IMG/VR virus record: IMGVR_UViG_2061766007_000638
DNA: 35,163 nucleotides
Strand: one strand, 5' to 3'
Origin: an uncultured virus (IMG/VR IMGVR_UViG_2061766007_000638)
Taxonomy: Duplodnaviria > Heunggongvirae > Uroviricota > Caudoviricetes
Below the pieces are notes generated by a model that ran no database searches, was not told where the DNA came from, and was given only the letters and a program-made list of their open reading frames with translations. Positions within the stretch are counted from its first letter, which is position 1; each line of letters begins with the position of its first letter. Shown in pieces: positions 18,970 to 28,438 of this stretch. Position numbers and translations under genes: made by a program.

Positions 18970-19281
18970 CTAACTCCCCTCCGTTCGTTTCTCGACCGTA
19001 ATTTCAAGCTGCAAGCCGTTTCTGTACGTCCTTACAACGTGATAGAGGACACCGCTGTATTTAACAATGTCCTCGTTATCATAGTCGTAATGATCGGCTA
19101 ATACAAACTTAAAAGCGGGCTTTATACCGCTTTGTGCAGCAGTATAAAATTCGCTCTGCGTTACAGACTTGACTTCTGCGAATACCTCGCGAAAAACGTA
19201 TTCTTTATTCTGATTTTTGTATTTGTCGACAACAATTTGCTGTTTGCCGAGTTCAATCACTTCATTATACATCTTCGTCAC
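18970..19281 (-). CDS. Head closure protein (SPP1 gp16-like)
   Basis: VFAEVKSVTQSEFYTAAQSGIKP, Y.VVRTY. Confidence 0.88.
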   Translation of the reverse strand: MTKMYNEVIELGKQQIVVDKYKNQNKEYVFREVFAEVKSVTQSEFYTAAQSGIKPAFKFVLADHYDYDNEDIVKYSGVLYHVVRTYRNGLQLEITVEKRTEGS

Positions 19282-19558
19282 TTTCCTTATATCCGCTTGA
19301 CATACTCAGTACATCCCGCAGACTTTCATAACCTTTTTTGTACTGATCGCCTTTGCTTAAAAAGTCATACTGTGCCATGCAATACAGCTTTACGGCAGAC
19401 AGCAAAAGTGAATTACTTTCTACATCTGTATCATTATCGGGAACAGCAATACCGAGCCGCCGCATATCGTCAAGACAGGCAGAGATATGCTGCCGTATAT
19501 CTTCATCGAGTTTATCATGCGATATTCGTAAAGCTGTTTTTATATCGTTTACAAGCAT
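19265..19558 (-). CDS. Head-tail connector (HK97 gp6/SPP1 gp15-like)
   Basis: IKTALRISH..LD..I...I.A...D, AVKLYC; follows capsid gene. Confidence 0.88.
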   Translation of the reverse strand: MLVNDIKTALRISHDKLDEDIRQHISACLDDMRRLGIAVPDNDTDVESNSLLLSAVKLYCMAQYDFLSKGDQYKKGYESLRDVLSMSSGYKESDEDV

Positions 19559-19579
19559 ACCTCTTTGCCCCCTGTTTTA

Positions 19580-20755
19580 TTACTGCGCCGCTTTCTGAAC
19601 GAGCGTTACAAGGCTGTGTTTGTCAACGACCTTACCGTCAACGAGCATTACAGCCTTTGTGATCTTATCGTCCGTATCATTGTCTTCGTATGTTTTTACA
19701 GTTATGTTGAGGTTTGTATTAAGCGTATAATCGGCAGGGCGGAAAATAAACGCAATAACAGTGTCTGCTGTCTGCGCCGTATAGCTCGCCATATAATCAT
19801 CAAGCGTTTTTACGGCTCTGCCGAGAAGCGTTCTTTCGGGTTTGCCGCCAATGCCGTAATTTACTCTTGCGACAGGCTGCCCGTTATCATCGACCATGCC
19901 CACAAACTTCATAAACGTCTTTTTTGTCATAAAGTAATACGCACCGTTTTCGTATGCAGCAGGGAGAGCCGCTTCCATATCAACAAGCGTTTGATAATCT
20001 ACAGGCATACCGTTTGCAAGCTCTATCACCTGTCCTGATACGGGAGTTTCGGCAAGTATGCCTTTAGGCTTGCCTGTGCCGTTGCCGCTTACAATAGCAG
20101 CGGTGAGCGCCCTGTTCATTGCACGTGTTACATCTCTTATAAACTTGCTTTCAAATGCCGAAAGTGACATTGTTTCAACTTCAAGTGTCATAGCAACGGC
20201 AACTCTGAGCTTATGATAGGCAAACGTAATAGTACCGTTTACACCGCTTTTCTGTACTGTGCTGCCTGCGCCCTCTGCGACCCAGCTTGCGGTAGGAACT
20301 ACATCGCTTGTCGGTATAGACACACCGCCCTTGTAAGACGTGCGTGTGATGAGGGTGAGAAGCTCGCACTCGTTTTCAAGCTCTTCGACAATTCTGTTAA
20401 GTGTTGTGGTAGGAATAACGGGTGTAACATCGCCTGTTTCGGTAACAGCGTTTACATACTGCGCAGGAATGGGAGTACCCTTTGTAACATGGTTCATAAA
20501 AGCTTTGCGGTACTCGATAGAATCATAATCTGCGGCACTTGCGTTACCTGAATAAAATGCTCCCGCTTTGCTGTCTGATGTGCCATTCAGCGCATTAAGA
20601 TTCGCCTGTGCAATGCTTTGTGCTTCAAAGTCTTCATCAAGCTTTCTGATCTCGTTCTCTTTAGCCGTATAGCCTTTCATATCGCCCTTGTCAATAAGGC
20701 TTTGAGCCTCGTTTATAAGAGCGTTTCTTTTGTTCAAATATGTTTCTCTTGTCAT
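19580..20755 (-). CDS. Major capsid protein, HK97 family (phage A)
   Basis: N-terminal coiled-coil delta domain, EYRKAF, VIPTT, WVAEG, G.G.GKPKGIL, DNGQP...LLGR.V. Confidence 0.95.
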   Translation of the reverse strand: MTRETYLNKRNALINEAQSLIDKGDMKGYTAKENEIRKLDEDFEAQSIAQANLNALNGTSDSKAGAFYSGNASAADYDSIEYRKAFMNHVTKGTPIPAQYVNAVTETGDVTPVIPTTTLNRIVEELENECELLTLITRTSYKGGVSIPTSDVVPTASWVAEGAGSTVQKSGVNGTITFAYHKLRVAVAMTLEVETMSLSAFESKFIRDVTRAMNRALTAAIVSGNGTGKPKGILAETPVSGQVIELANGMPVDYQTLVDMEAALPAAYENGAYYFMTKKTFMKFVGMVDDNGQPVARVNYGIGGKPERTLLGRAVKTLDDYMASYTAQTADTVIAFIFRPADYTLNTNLNITVKTYEDNDTDDKITKAVMLVDGKVVDKHSLVTLVQKAAQ

Positions 20756-21396
20756 ACTTTAACCTCACTTTTTATTTTTTCTAATCTGATTTGTACCGCC
20801 GCTTTTGCTTTGGCATTTTCAAACTGTTTTCTCTGCTCGTCTGTTGCTATTGTGCAATGGGAGTTTATCAGCAACTCCCGCCCTGCAATTTTGTCACACA
20901 AACCTATGTCAACCGCTTCTTGTGCAGTAAACCAAGTTTCTTTATCCATAAGCGGCAAAAAGTCGCTTTCGGATTTCCCCGATTTATCTATATACGCTTG
21001 ACACATTGCCCTGTCAGCTTTTCGAAGTGTTTCACTCTCGTGCTTAAAGTCTTTGAAATCACCTTGCGCAACGGTTGACACATTATGTATCATCACCATT
21101 GATGCTGCGCTTATATCATTTTCGGCAGCGCACATTATAACGCTCGCCGCACTCGCCGCAAGCCCTACAACGTGAATTTTGACTTTATCTTTGTGCTTTT
21201 GTATTGCAGAATAAATTTCTGCTGCCGCAAAAATATCACCGCCGCCCGAATTGATATATATATCAAGCTGTTCTTCTCTTTCTAAGCTTTCTGCAACATC
21301 TTTCGGACAGGTGCTTTCTATGCCAAAAAATTCATATAGCTGTTTATCTTCATTTGGAATAATAGTACCTTTAATGTTAATGTCCGTTATTCTCAC
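20752..21396 (-). CDS. ClpP-type prohead maturation protease (phage A)
   Basis: YINSGGGD, GLAASAAS (catalytic Ser), MIHN (His), ETWFTAQEAV..GLCD; start codon uncertain. Confidence 0.93.
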   Translation of the reverse strand: MRITDINIKGTIIPNEDKQLYEFFGIESTCPKDVAESLEREEQLDIYINSGGGDIFAAAEIYSAIQKHKDKVKIHVVGLAASAASVIMCAAENDISAASMVMIHNVSTVAQGDFKDFKHESETLRKADRAMCQAYIDKSGKSESDFLPLMDKETWFTAQEAVDIGLCDKIAGRELLINSHCTIATDEQRKQFENAKAKAAVQIRLEKIKSEVKV

Positions 21397-22552
21397 CTCC
21401 TGTTGTAGGCTGCGTGTCTAAGCGTCTTATCGGTTCGTCACCGCCTTCAACGGGTGCAAGGTTGAATATCTCTCTCCACTCGTTGGGAGTTAACGCTCCT
21501 CTGTCTACCATCGATACAAAGTTAAGCTTTGTATTAATAGTTGCGCAGGCAAGATTAGACGCTTCAAAAATTATTTTGTTGCCGTAGCTTCTCTTTTTCG
21601 GAGTAAACAGTTTTCTTGTGTACTCGCCTGCAAAATCCAAGGCGATAGGCTCAATTGAGTTTTCATAAAAGCTGTTCCATTCGTCCTCGGTATAGCTGCC
21701 TTGAACAATTTTCTCGTTAACTCCGAAAAGGCTGTATATCCTGCTTTTTACGCTTTCAAGAATCTCAAAATTAGGTATATAATCGTTGCTTTTGACCTGC
21801 GTTACATCTACCCTCGGGTCTGTTGCCGCAACACCGCCCGCAGTGCTTTCGGTGCTTGTATATGCTTCCGAGAAATCCTGTGCGATCTGTTTCAGGTCAT
21901 CTTTCCTCACCGCACCCGTTGCCTTTAGCAGCCATCTGATGACGTTACTGTTTTTGACGGTTTTTACGATACCATCATCGATAGTATTGCTGATCTTCAA
22001 AAGCGGTGCTAAGGTAGGCATTAACGAATTGCCGAAAATATCATTGTCATAGTAATTTGTTCGCAGGTGCAAAACATCGTCATAATTGAACGTGTAAACT
22101 TTGCCGTTGCCGAGAGTGAATTTCAAGTATAAGCTGCTGCCTCTGTATTCGGCTTCTACACCGAGTGCGGGCAGTGGGAACAGTTCGACAGGCATTCCGT
22201 TTTTATCTCTTGTAATGCTTGCAAATGCGTTGCCGTTAAGTATCAGCTGCGCCGTCATTTTCTCTTGAAACTTTTGCGCAGACATAAGCGGGTTGGGATT
22301 TTCAAGCAGCACTTTGATATAAGGCTCGGGATTTACCTTCAAATCGTTTTGCCCCGTGTAAATGTGTTTGCCGACAAGCTTGCCTACTGCTTTTACGTAT
22401 GGAGCAAGACACGCTCTGACAATATCGCTGTCGTATATTTTTCCGTTCCAAATGCAAGCACCGTTTCCCTTTTCTGTTACAAGCTGATATTTAGCGAGGG
22501 TTTCGGACTTCTGATTTTTGAATAGGCGTTTAAAAATATTCGTGTTCATCAC
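21377..22552 (-). CDS. Portal protein, HK97 family (phage A)
   Basis: PNPLMS, LILNGNAF, VLHLR, LTPNEWR..FNLAPVEGGD. Confidence 0.95.
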   Translation of the reverse strand: MMNTNIFKRLFKNQKSETLAKYQLVTEKGNGACIWNGKIYDSDIVRACLAPYVKAVGKLVGKHIYTGQNDLKVNPEPYIKVLLENPNPLMSAQKFQEKMTAQLILNGNAFASITRDKNGMPVELFPLPALGVEAEYRGSSLYLKFTLGNGKVYTFNYDDVLHLRTNYYDNDIFGNSLMPTLAPLLKISNTIDDGIVKTVKNSNVIRWLLKATGAVRKDDLKQIAQDFSEAYTSTESTAGGVAATDPRVDVTQVKSNDYIPNFEILESVKSRIYSLFGVNEKIVQGSYTEDEWNSFYENSIEPIALDFAGEYTRKLFTPKKRSYGNKIIFEASNLACATINTKLNFVSMVDRGALTPNEWREIFNLAPVEGGDEPIRRLDTQPTTGGENNGH

Positions 22553-22576
22553 CTGCCTTTTTTAGATTATTCCCCG

Positions 22577-22837
22577 TTAAGTTGCAGGTGCGCTTGTCAC
22601 TGTAATTTCAATGGTATTGCCGTTTGAAAGTGTCGCAGCACCGCCTATAACTGCGCCCTCCGTTGTGTACAGAGTTATCGCCGTAACGCTTGCGCCGGTG
22701 TCACCCTTTGCGCCTGTAATATCGAAATTATCTTCAATACTTTCAAGCACTGCCGAAATAGTTTTTCCGTTTGGTTCTGTCTGTTCTGTACTGCACTTTT
22801 TGCCGAGAGCCTTTAATGCGTTTACCGTTCTGCCCAT
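22577..22837 (-). CDS. Small protein with short Gly-X-Y stretch (possible head decoration/fibre)
   Basis: GAGGTG SD before MGRTV; GAKGDTGAS then a beta-rich C-terminus. Confidence 0.65.
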   Translation of the reverse strand: MGRTVNALKALGKKCSTEQTEPNGKTISAVLESIEDNFDITGAKGDTGASVTAITLYTTEGAVIGGAATLSNGNTIEITVTSAPAT

Positions 22838-22899
22838 TTTATCACCTCTTTTTGTTTTCGTTTGTTTTCGGGTATAAGAAAAGCCCCTCAAACGGGTGC

Positions 22900-23223
22900 T
22901 TAGTCTGCTTTTTTATTATCAACTTCTTGTTTTCGCTTTTTGTATTCTTCTTCGTCCATGTCATCGAGCATTGAAGTTATAAGCTCGTTGCGGTCACTTT
23001 CAAGCCATCGTTTGAACCATGGCTCCATTGCTTCTACAGCCTTGACGACATCCGAAGGTCTTACATCCAATTCATCTCGAAATGTCCATTCGTCTATATT
23101 TGCAAAAGCGCACATTACCTGCTCCACACACCAATCGTATCCGCGAATAACCTCTTTATCGGCTTGAATCAGATATTTTTCGTTATAATATTCGTCTGTT
23201 CTGCAATCGGGAAAATAGCTCAT
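22900..23223 (-). CDS. Acidic hypothetical protein (107 aa) in the terL-portal slot
   Basis: GGAGGT SD before MSYFPD; flanked by hairpins. Confidence 0.8.
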   Translation of the reverse strand: MSYFPDCRTDEYYNEKYLIQADKEVIRGYDWCVEQVMCAFANIDEWTFRDELDVRPSDVVKAVEAMEPWFKRWLESDRNELITSMLDDMDEEEYKKRKQEVDNKKAD

Positions 23224-23272
23224 TGGTTTACCTCCAAAATGGTACAAGAATACCGCTCTCGTTTGAGGGCGG

Positions 23273-23755
23273 TTAAATCAACACTTGATATTTTTCTTTC
23301 TTATCGCACCACACAACATAAGCATCCAAAAGAGCCGCTGTGCCGTCGATCCTTTGTGTACGCTTATCCGATTTACATGGCTGAATGTTGCCATTTGTAT
23401 CACTCTTAACATCTGTGTTGAGTAAGCACCACAAATCGACCGGATTATCATCATATACTATTTTCTTGCTTTGCAGGTCGGCTTTGAGGTCTTTCATCGG
23501 ACCGGAAAGAGTTATAACGCCCTGCCTTACGGGTATCATGGTCAGTTTTCCAAACTCGTCTAAAAACAGTCTTAACAGATCATCCGATATGTGCCAAGGG
23601 TCATACCCTATATACATCGGGTAAATATCTTCATTATCTCTTAATTCGCAAAACCAGTCAAAAAACACTCTCTTATCAACTTTCTTCCCCGGGTATGCTC
23701 TCATCAAGCCTTGTTCAATCCATTGCTTATACGGAACGTGGTCACGGCTGTCACG
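23273..23755 (-). CDS. terL: Terminase large subunit (Terminase_1 type), C-terminal fragment, phage A
   Basis: IGYDPW, VRQG..TLS.PMK, RIDGTAALLDA; cut by gap. Confidence 0.92.
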   Translation of the reverse strand, partial: RDSRDHVPYKQWIEQGLMRAYPGKKVDKRVFFDWFCELRDNEDIYPMYIGYDPWHISDDLLRLFLDEFGKLTMIPVRQGVITLSGPMKDLKADLQSKKIVYDDNPVDLWCLLNTDVKSDTNGNIQPCKSDKRTQRIDGTAALLDAYVVWCDKKEKYQVLI

Positions 23756-23765
23756 NNNNNNNNNN

Positions 23766-24014
23766 ACCTATCGCTTCGGTTTGTTGTTCAGTGTTCAAAC
23801 CTGCCATTGCAAGAATATTTAAACCGTCAGCCGCTTGAGATGCTGAAAATTGAGTTGTTGAACCAAGTTCTTTTGCTTTGTCCGTAAGTGTTGTTATTTC
23901 ATCGGTAGATTTACCCATAGTTGCCGCAAGCTGAGAAATTGAGCTTTCAAACTCCATACCGACATTAGTCGCCGCTTTTCCTGCTGCAAGCACACCTGTT
24001 GCAGTGGCAGCCAT
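23766..24014 (-). CDS. Tape measure protein internal fragment (sister phage)
   Basis: FESSISQLAATMGK...TQFSASQAADGLNILAMAG, homologous to phage A TMP. Confidence 0.88.
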
Positions 24015-24847
24015 NNNNNNNNNNNNNNNNNNNNNNNNNNNNNNNNNNNNNNNNNNNNNNNNNNNNNNNNNNNNNNNNNNNNNNNNNNNNNNNNNNNNNN
24101 NNNNNNNNNNNNNNNNNNNNNNNNNNNNNNNNNNNNNNNNNNNNNNNNNNNNNNNNNNNNNNNNNNNNNNNNNNNNNNNNNNNNNNNNNNNNNNNNNNNN
24201 NNNNNNNNNNNNNNNNNNNNNNNNNNNNNNNNNNNNNNNNNNNNNNNNNNNNNNNNNNNNNNNNNNNNNNNNNNNNNNNNNNNNNNNNNNNNNNNNNNNN
24301 NNNNNNNNNNNNNNNNNNNNNNNNNNNNNNNNNNNNNNNNNNNNNNNNNNNNNNNNNNNNNNNNNNNNNNNNNNNNNNNNNNNNNNNNNNNNNNNNNNNN
24401 NNNNNNNNNNNNNNNNNNNNNNNNNNNNNNNNNNNNNNNNNNNNNNNNNNNNNNNNNNNNNNNNNNNNNNNNNNNNNNNNNNNNNNNNNNNNNNNNNNNN
24501 NNNNNNNNNNNNNNNNNNNNNNNNNNNNNNNNNNNNNNNNNNNNNNNNNNNNNNNNNNNNNNNNNNNNNNNNNNNNNNNNNNNNNNNNNNNNNNNNNNNN
24601 NNNNNNNNNNNNNNNNNNNNNNNNNNNNNNNNNNNNNNNNNNNNNNNNNNNNNNNNNNNNNNNNNNNNNNNNNNNNNNNNNNNNNNNNNNNNNNNNNNNN
24701 NNNNNNNNNNNNNNNNNNNNNNNNNNNNNNNNNNNNNNNNNNNNNNNNNNNNNNNNNNNNNNNNNNNNNNNNNNNNNNNNNNNNNNNNNNNNNNNNNNNN
24801 NNNNNNNNNNNNNNNNNNNNNNNNNNNNNNNNNNNNNNNNNNNNNNN

Positions 24848-24973
24848 TGCTGTCCCCAGCGCCGATAAGTCGGCGAAAAATTCAGAATTAAATTGGTTGC
24901 GGTATCTCATAAGCGTACCGCCTGTATGCTTAAATCTTATCTGTTTTCCGTCAATAGTCAAAGTCTTTTCCAT
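24848..24973 (-). CDS. Tail assembly chaperone gpG, N-terminal fragment (variant)
   Basis: Same peptide as the N-terminus of 26557..26851. Confidence 0.85.
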
Positions 24974-24988
24974 AAGTTCAGTTCTCCT

Positions 24989-25078
24989 TTAAGGTGTAGG
25001 CTCGGGAACGGCTGTAAGCTCCGCTGTGCCCGACTTTGAAAGCCTGATGTTTTTATTGTCAAGCCTTGGTCTTGCTGT
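24989..25078 (-). CDS. Major tail protein, C-terminal fragment (third variant)
   Basis: TARPRLDNKNIRLSKSGTAELTAVPEPTP*. Confidence 0.85.
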   Translation of the reverse strand, partial: TARPRLDNKNIRLSKSGTAELTAVPEPTP

Positions 25079-25088
25079 NNNNNNNNNN

Positions 25089-25712
25089 CGCAGAACCGAC
25101 TGCTGCCGCTGAGCTTTTGAGTAATGTTAGAGTTTTTTCAAAGCTTACGGTACTGTCTTTGGTTTTGTCGCTTTGTTTTTCTAAGTTTTTTTCCTCTGTT
25201 ACAAGTTCTTCCGTGCTTTCAGCGGTATTCCCAGCGGCTTTATTAAGTTCATTTTGATTTTCAGCTAAGTCTTCGGTAGTATCATTCAACTTGTTTTGTT
25301 CTTTTGCAAGGTCTTCGGTGCTGTTTGCTGTTTCTTCCGTTGTACCGTTTAACTTATCCTGTTCGGATTTCAAGCTTGACAGTTTCCCCTCTGTTGACAT
25401 TACCTCACGTTGAAAAGCTCTGTAAGCATCAGCACCTATGTCACCGCTTTTATACTGCTGTTCAACCTGTGATTGTACATCTTTCAAGGTTTGCAATTTA
25501 TTGGAAGTTGCCTTTACCTGTTCCGCAAGAATTTCTTGTTTCTGTGCAAGAAGCACGGTATTTGTCGGATCGAGCTTTAAAGCACTTTCAACCTGTCTTA
25601 ATTCAGAATTAAGTTGATTTGATTTTTTATTAACCTCTGCAAGAGCCTTTTGTAATCCGACAGTATCTCCGCCGATTTCAACCGTAATTCCCTTAATATT
25701 ATTTTTCGCCAC
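25089..25712 (-). CDS. Tape measure protein, N-terminal part (sister phage)
   Basis: IKGITVEIGGDT...; homologous to the N-terminus at 16936; cut by gap. Confidence 0.9.
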
Positions 25713-25716
25713 TCTC

Positions 25717-26201
25717 TCACCTCCACTCGCTCAGTTGCTGTTTAAACTTGTCGTACTTTTCCTTAGATATCAAGCCCTTTTTGAATCTCTCATCAATCTC
25801 AGGCTCTAGCTCTTTAAGCTGCTTATATCGTTGTTCATCGCTGTATCGGCTCTCATTTTTCATCATGGATTTGTTCTTGATGTGAATAAAATCAATGATA
25901 GTTCCGATGTTCCACTCGTCTATTTCCTCGGCGGTAAGTCCTGCATTTTTGCAGCAAAGGACGAACTCTACTGCTGTCATAGGTTCGTCCTTTTCCTTAC
26001 CGCCTTTTATACGTTTTTTTGAAGCGTTTTCAATGCTTTTCCCGTAAGCTCGGAAAGCTCGCTCCATACTTCAAGAATGTCTATATCCTCAAAGCTGTCG
26101 TACCACGTTTGCGGATCCGGAACGCTGTCATCTGCTGTTTTTGCAAAAGCCCATATCATGTTTTCGATAACGGCAAAATTCACCTTTGTCGGATCGCTTT
26201 G
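25717..26201 (-). CDS. Tail chaperone gpG C-terminus (stop 26007) plus frameshifted T segment (variant)
   Basis: ...KALKTLQKNV* with A AAA AAC at 26019-26013; -1 frame KKRIKGGKEKDEPMTAVEF. Confidence 0.85.
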
Positions 26202-26211
26202 NNNNNNNNNN

Positions 26212-26262
26212 AGTATCTCCGCCGATTTCTACTGTAATTCCCTTGATTGCTTTTTTTGCCAT
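26212..26262 (-). CDS. Tape measure protein start (further variant), cut by gap
   Basis: MAKKAIKGITVEIGGDT. Confidence 0.85.
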
Positions 26263-26266
26263 GCTT

Positions 26267-26569
26267 TCACCCCCATTCGCTTAACTGCTGCTTGAATCTG
26301 TCGTATTTTGCTTTTGGAATTAAGCCTTTTTTATACTTTACATCAATTTCAGGTTCTAACGCTTTGAGCTGCTTATATCGTTGTTCATCGCTATATAAGC
26401 TTTTATTTTTTATCATGGACTTATTTCTTATTTGAACAAAATCAATGATAGTCCCAATATTCCAGTTTTCAATCTCCTCGGCGGTAAGTCCTGCCTTCTT
26501 GCACAAAAGGACGAACTCTACAGCTGTCATAGGTTCGTCCTTTCCCTTACCGCCTTTTATACGTTTTTT
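26267..26569 (-). CDS. Tail chaperone T segment (phage B)
   Basis: -1 frame from slippery site 26569-26563; homologous to 17055..17318. Confidence 0.85.
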   Translation of the reverse strand, partial: KKRIKGGKGKDEPMTAVEFVLLCKKAGLTAEEIENWNIGTIIDFVQIRNKSMIKNKSLYSDEQRYKQLKALEPEIDVKYKKGLIPKAKYDRFKQQLSEWG

Positions 26570-26851
26570 TGAAGCGTTTTCAATGCTTTTGCCGTAAGCT
26601 CGGAAAGCTCGCTCCATACTTCAAGAATGTCTATATCCTCANNNNNNNNNNNNNNNNNNNNNNNNNNNNNNNNNNNNNNNNNNNNNNNNNNNNNNNNNNN
26701 NNNNNNNNNNNNNNNNNNNNNNNNNCGCTGTCCCCAGCGCCGATAAGTCAGCGAAAAATTCAGAATTAAATTGATTGCGGTATCTCATAAGCGTGCCGCC
26801 TGTATGCTTAAATCTTATCTGTTTTCCGTCAATAGTCAAAGTCTTTTCCAT
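26557..26851 (-). CDS. Tail assembly chaperone gpG (phage B), internal gap
   Basis: Homologous to 17318..17665. Confidence 0.85.
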
Positions 26852-26863
26852 TTCAGTTCTCCT

Positions 26864-27421
26864 TTAAGGTGTAGGCTCGGGAACGGCTGCAAGCTCTGCC
26901 GTGCCGCTTTTTACAAATCGTATATAACCGTCTTTTGGTCTTGGTGTTGCAGAAATCTTGTAAACGGGAAATTGGTCATCCCAGTTGCCTTTCTCTTCCG
27001 TTTTGCCTGCAATATCGGGTCTTGCCGTGCAAACACAGTTATAGAAAATTTCCGTCTTGCCTGTTGAGCTTGTATCGTTATCAGAAAGAATCAATGCAAA
27101 TCTTGGCTTTTCAGTATCCTTTGCCTTTTCAAGTGTGCCGTTTGAATAGCTGTCAAAGTCAAGCCAATCCTTTTCTATATCGTCAATGATATCAATGAGC
27201 GTCAGCTCAATCTCGTAGCCGCCATTTATTTCAGCTTGGTAAACAGCCTGAGAATTAGCATAAATTTCTTTTACTGTACCAACAGGAGTAGCTTTATACT
27301 CCCTGCCTCCTGCTTCGGCAGCCGCAAAATACTTGATTTCGCCGTATGTAGTTGTCGTATCAGTCTGTGCGGTAATAGGCGCATATCCTACTCTTACAAG
27401 TCCTGTTTTCATAAAAAACAT
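26864..27421 (-). CDS. Major tail protein (phage B)
   Basis: Homologous to 17699..18247; likely start at MKTGL. Confidence 0.9.
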   Translation of the reverse strand: MFFMKTGLVRVGYAPITAQTDTTTTYGEIKYFAAAEAGGREYKATPVGTVKEIYANSQAVYQAEINGGYEIELTLIDIIDDIEKDWLDFDSYSNGTLEKAKDTEKPRFALILSDNDTSSTGKTEIFYNCVCTARPDIAGKTEEKGNWDDQFPVYKISATPRPKDGYIRFVKSGTAELAAVPEPTP

Positions 27422-27426
27422 CTCCT

Positions 27427-27747
27427 TTATAATTCAAAAGTATAATATGTTATATACAATTGTTCCTCTTTTATATACGATTTCGATTTCTCGTAAGTCG
27501 TAAAATCATTAAGAAATATTTCTGTAATCTCCTCAAATTCGTCTGTTTGGCTGCCTTTTGTGTACAATTCAAGCACAATCACCGTTTTCTGCAAAACTGT
27601 CTTTGAATTCGCCGTTACAAACTCAAATTCATTATCGGTATAAATTAGATATGGCGCTGTCTGCTCTTCTAAAAACACTTCATGAGCAACTGGAAAAGGG
27701 AGCGTTTTTAACGCTTTTACAAATTTTACTTTATCAAATTTTATCAT
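27427..27747 (-). CDS. Tail completion/terminator protein (phage B)
   Basis: Homologous to 18263..18583. Confidence 0.8.
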   Translation of the reverse strand: MIKFDKVKFVKALKTLPFPVAHEVFLEEQTAPYLIYTDNEFEFVTANSKTVLQKTVIVLELYTKGSQTDEFEEITEIFLNDFTTYEKSKSYIKEEQLYITYYTFEL

Positions 27748-27750
27748 CGC

Positions 27751-28134
27751 TTAGCCCCCTCGGATTGCTTTTTCAACTTCGGCTAAGAACTCATTCACAA
27801 TTTTTTCTTCCGCCGGCGCTATGTGCGGAATTGGTTTTACTCTCCGAGTGCCGCCTTTTATAGCGTGTCCGAATTCCAAAAGATGAGTGAGTTGATAGTC
27901 GGTCGCATTATGCACAACATACTGACTCAGTGTGTGTGAATTATAAACCTGTTTTACTTTCCAGCCTTTTTTATAATCGCCTGTCTTTTTGGGGCTGTTT
28001 TCCTGCAATTCTTTTTTTAGCTTGTTTGCATACTCTTTTGATGAAGTGTTTACTTTCTCAACAACATCGTTTGAATAGTTTTGCAGCTCTTTCATTATGG
28101 CTGCCCCAATGTCAATATCACTCATTCGCAACAC
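27751..28134 (-). CDS. HK97 gp10-like protein (phage B)
   Basis: Homologous to 18580..18966; likely start at MSDID. Confidence 0.9.
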   Translation of the reverse strand: MLRMSDIDIGAAIMKELQNYSNDVVEKVNTSSKEYANKLKKELQENSPKKTGDYKKGWKVKQVYNSHTLSQYVVHNATDYQLTHLLEFGHAIKGGTRRVKPIPHIAPAEEKIVNEFLAEVEKAIRGG

Positions 28135-28438
28135 CTTCTATCTTTTTTTCAACAGTCAATTCAAGCTGCAATCCGTTTCTGTACGTTCTTATGATATGAT
28201 AAAGGACACCGCCGTATAAAACAGTGTCCTCTTCGTCATAGTCGTAATAATCAGCTAAAATCATTTTAAAGACAGGCTTAAATCCACTCTGCGCAGCTGT
28301 GTAATATTCGGATTGAGATACTGATTTAACCTCGGCAAAAACTTCTCTAAAGACGTATTCTTTACTTTGGTTTCCGTAATCATCCTCAACGACAGCAGGC
28401 TTTCCCAGCTCAATAACATCATTATACACCGCTGTCAC
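28118..28438 (-). CDS. Head closure protein (phage B)
   Basis: Homologous to 18970..19281. Confidence 0.88.
   Translation of the reverse strand: MTAVYNDVIELGKPAVVEDDYGNQSKEYVFREVFAEVKSVSQSEYYTAAQSGFKPVFKMILADYYDYDEEDTVLYGGVLYHIIRTYRNGLQLELTVEKKIEGVANE

Noticed and set aside
23894..24973. Long ORFs spanning the 833-N gap
   Set aside because: Made of Ns; artefacts
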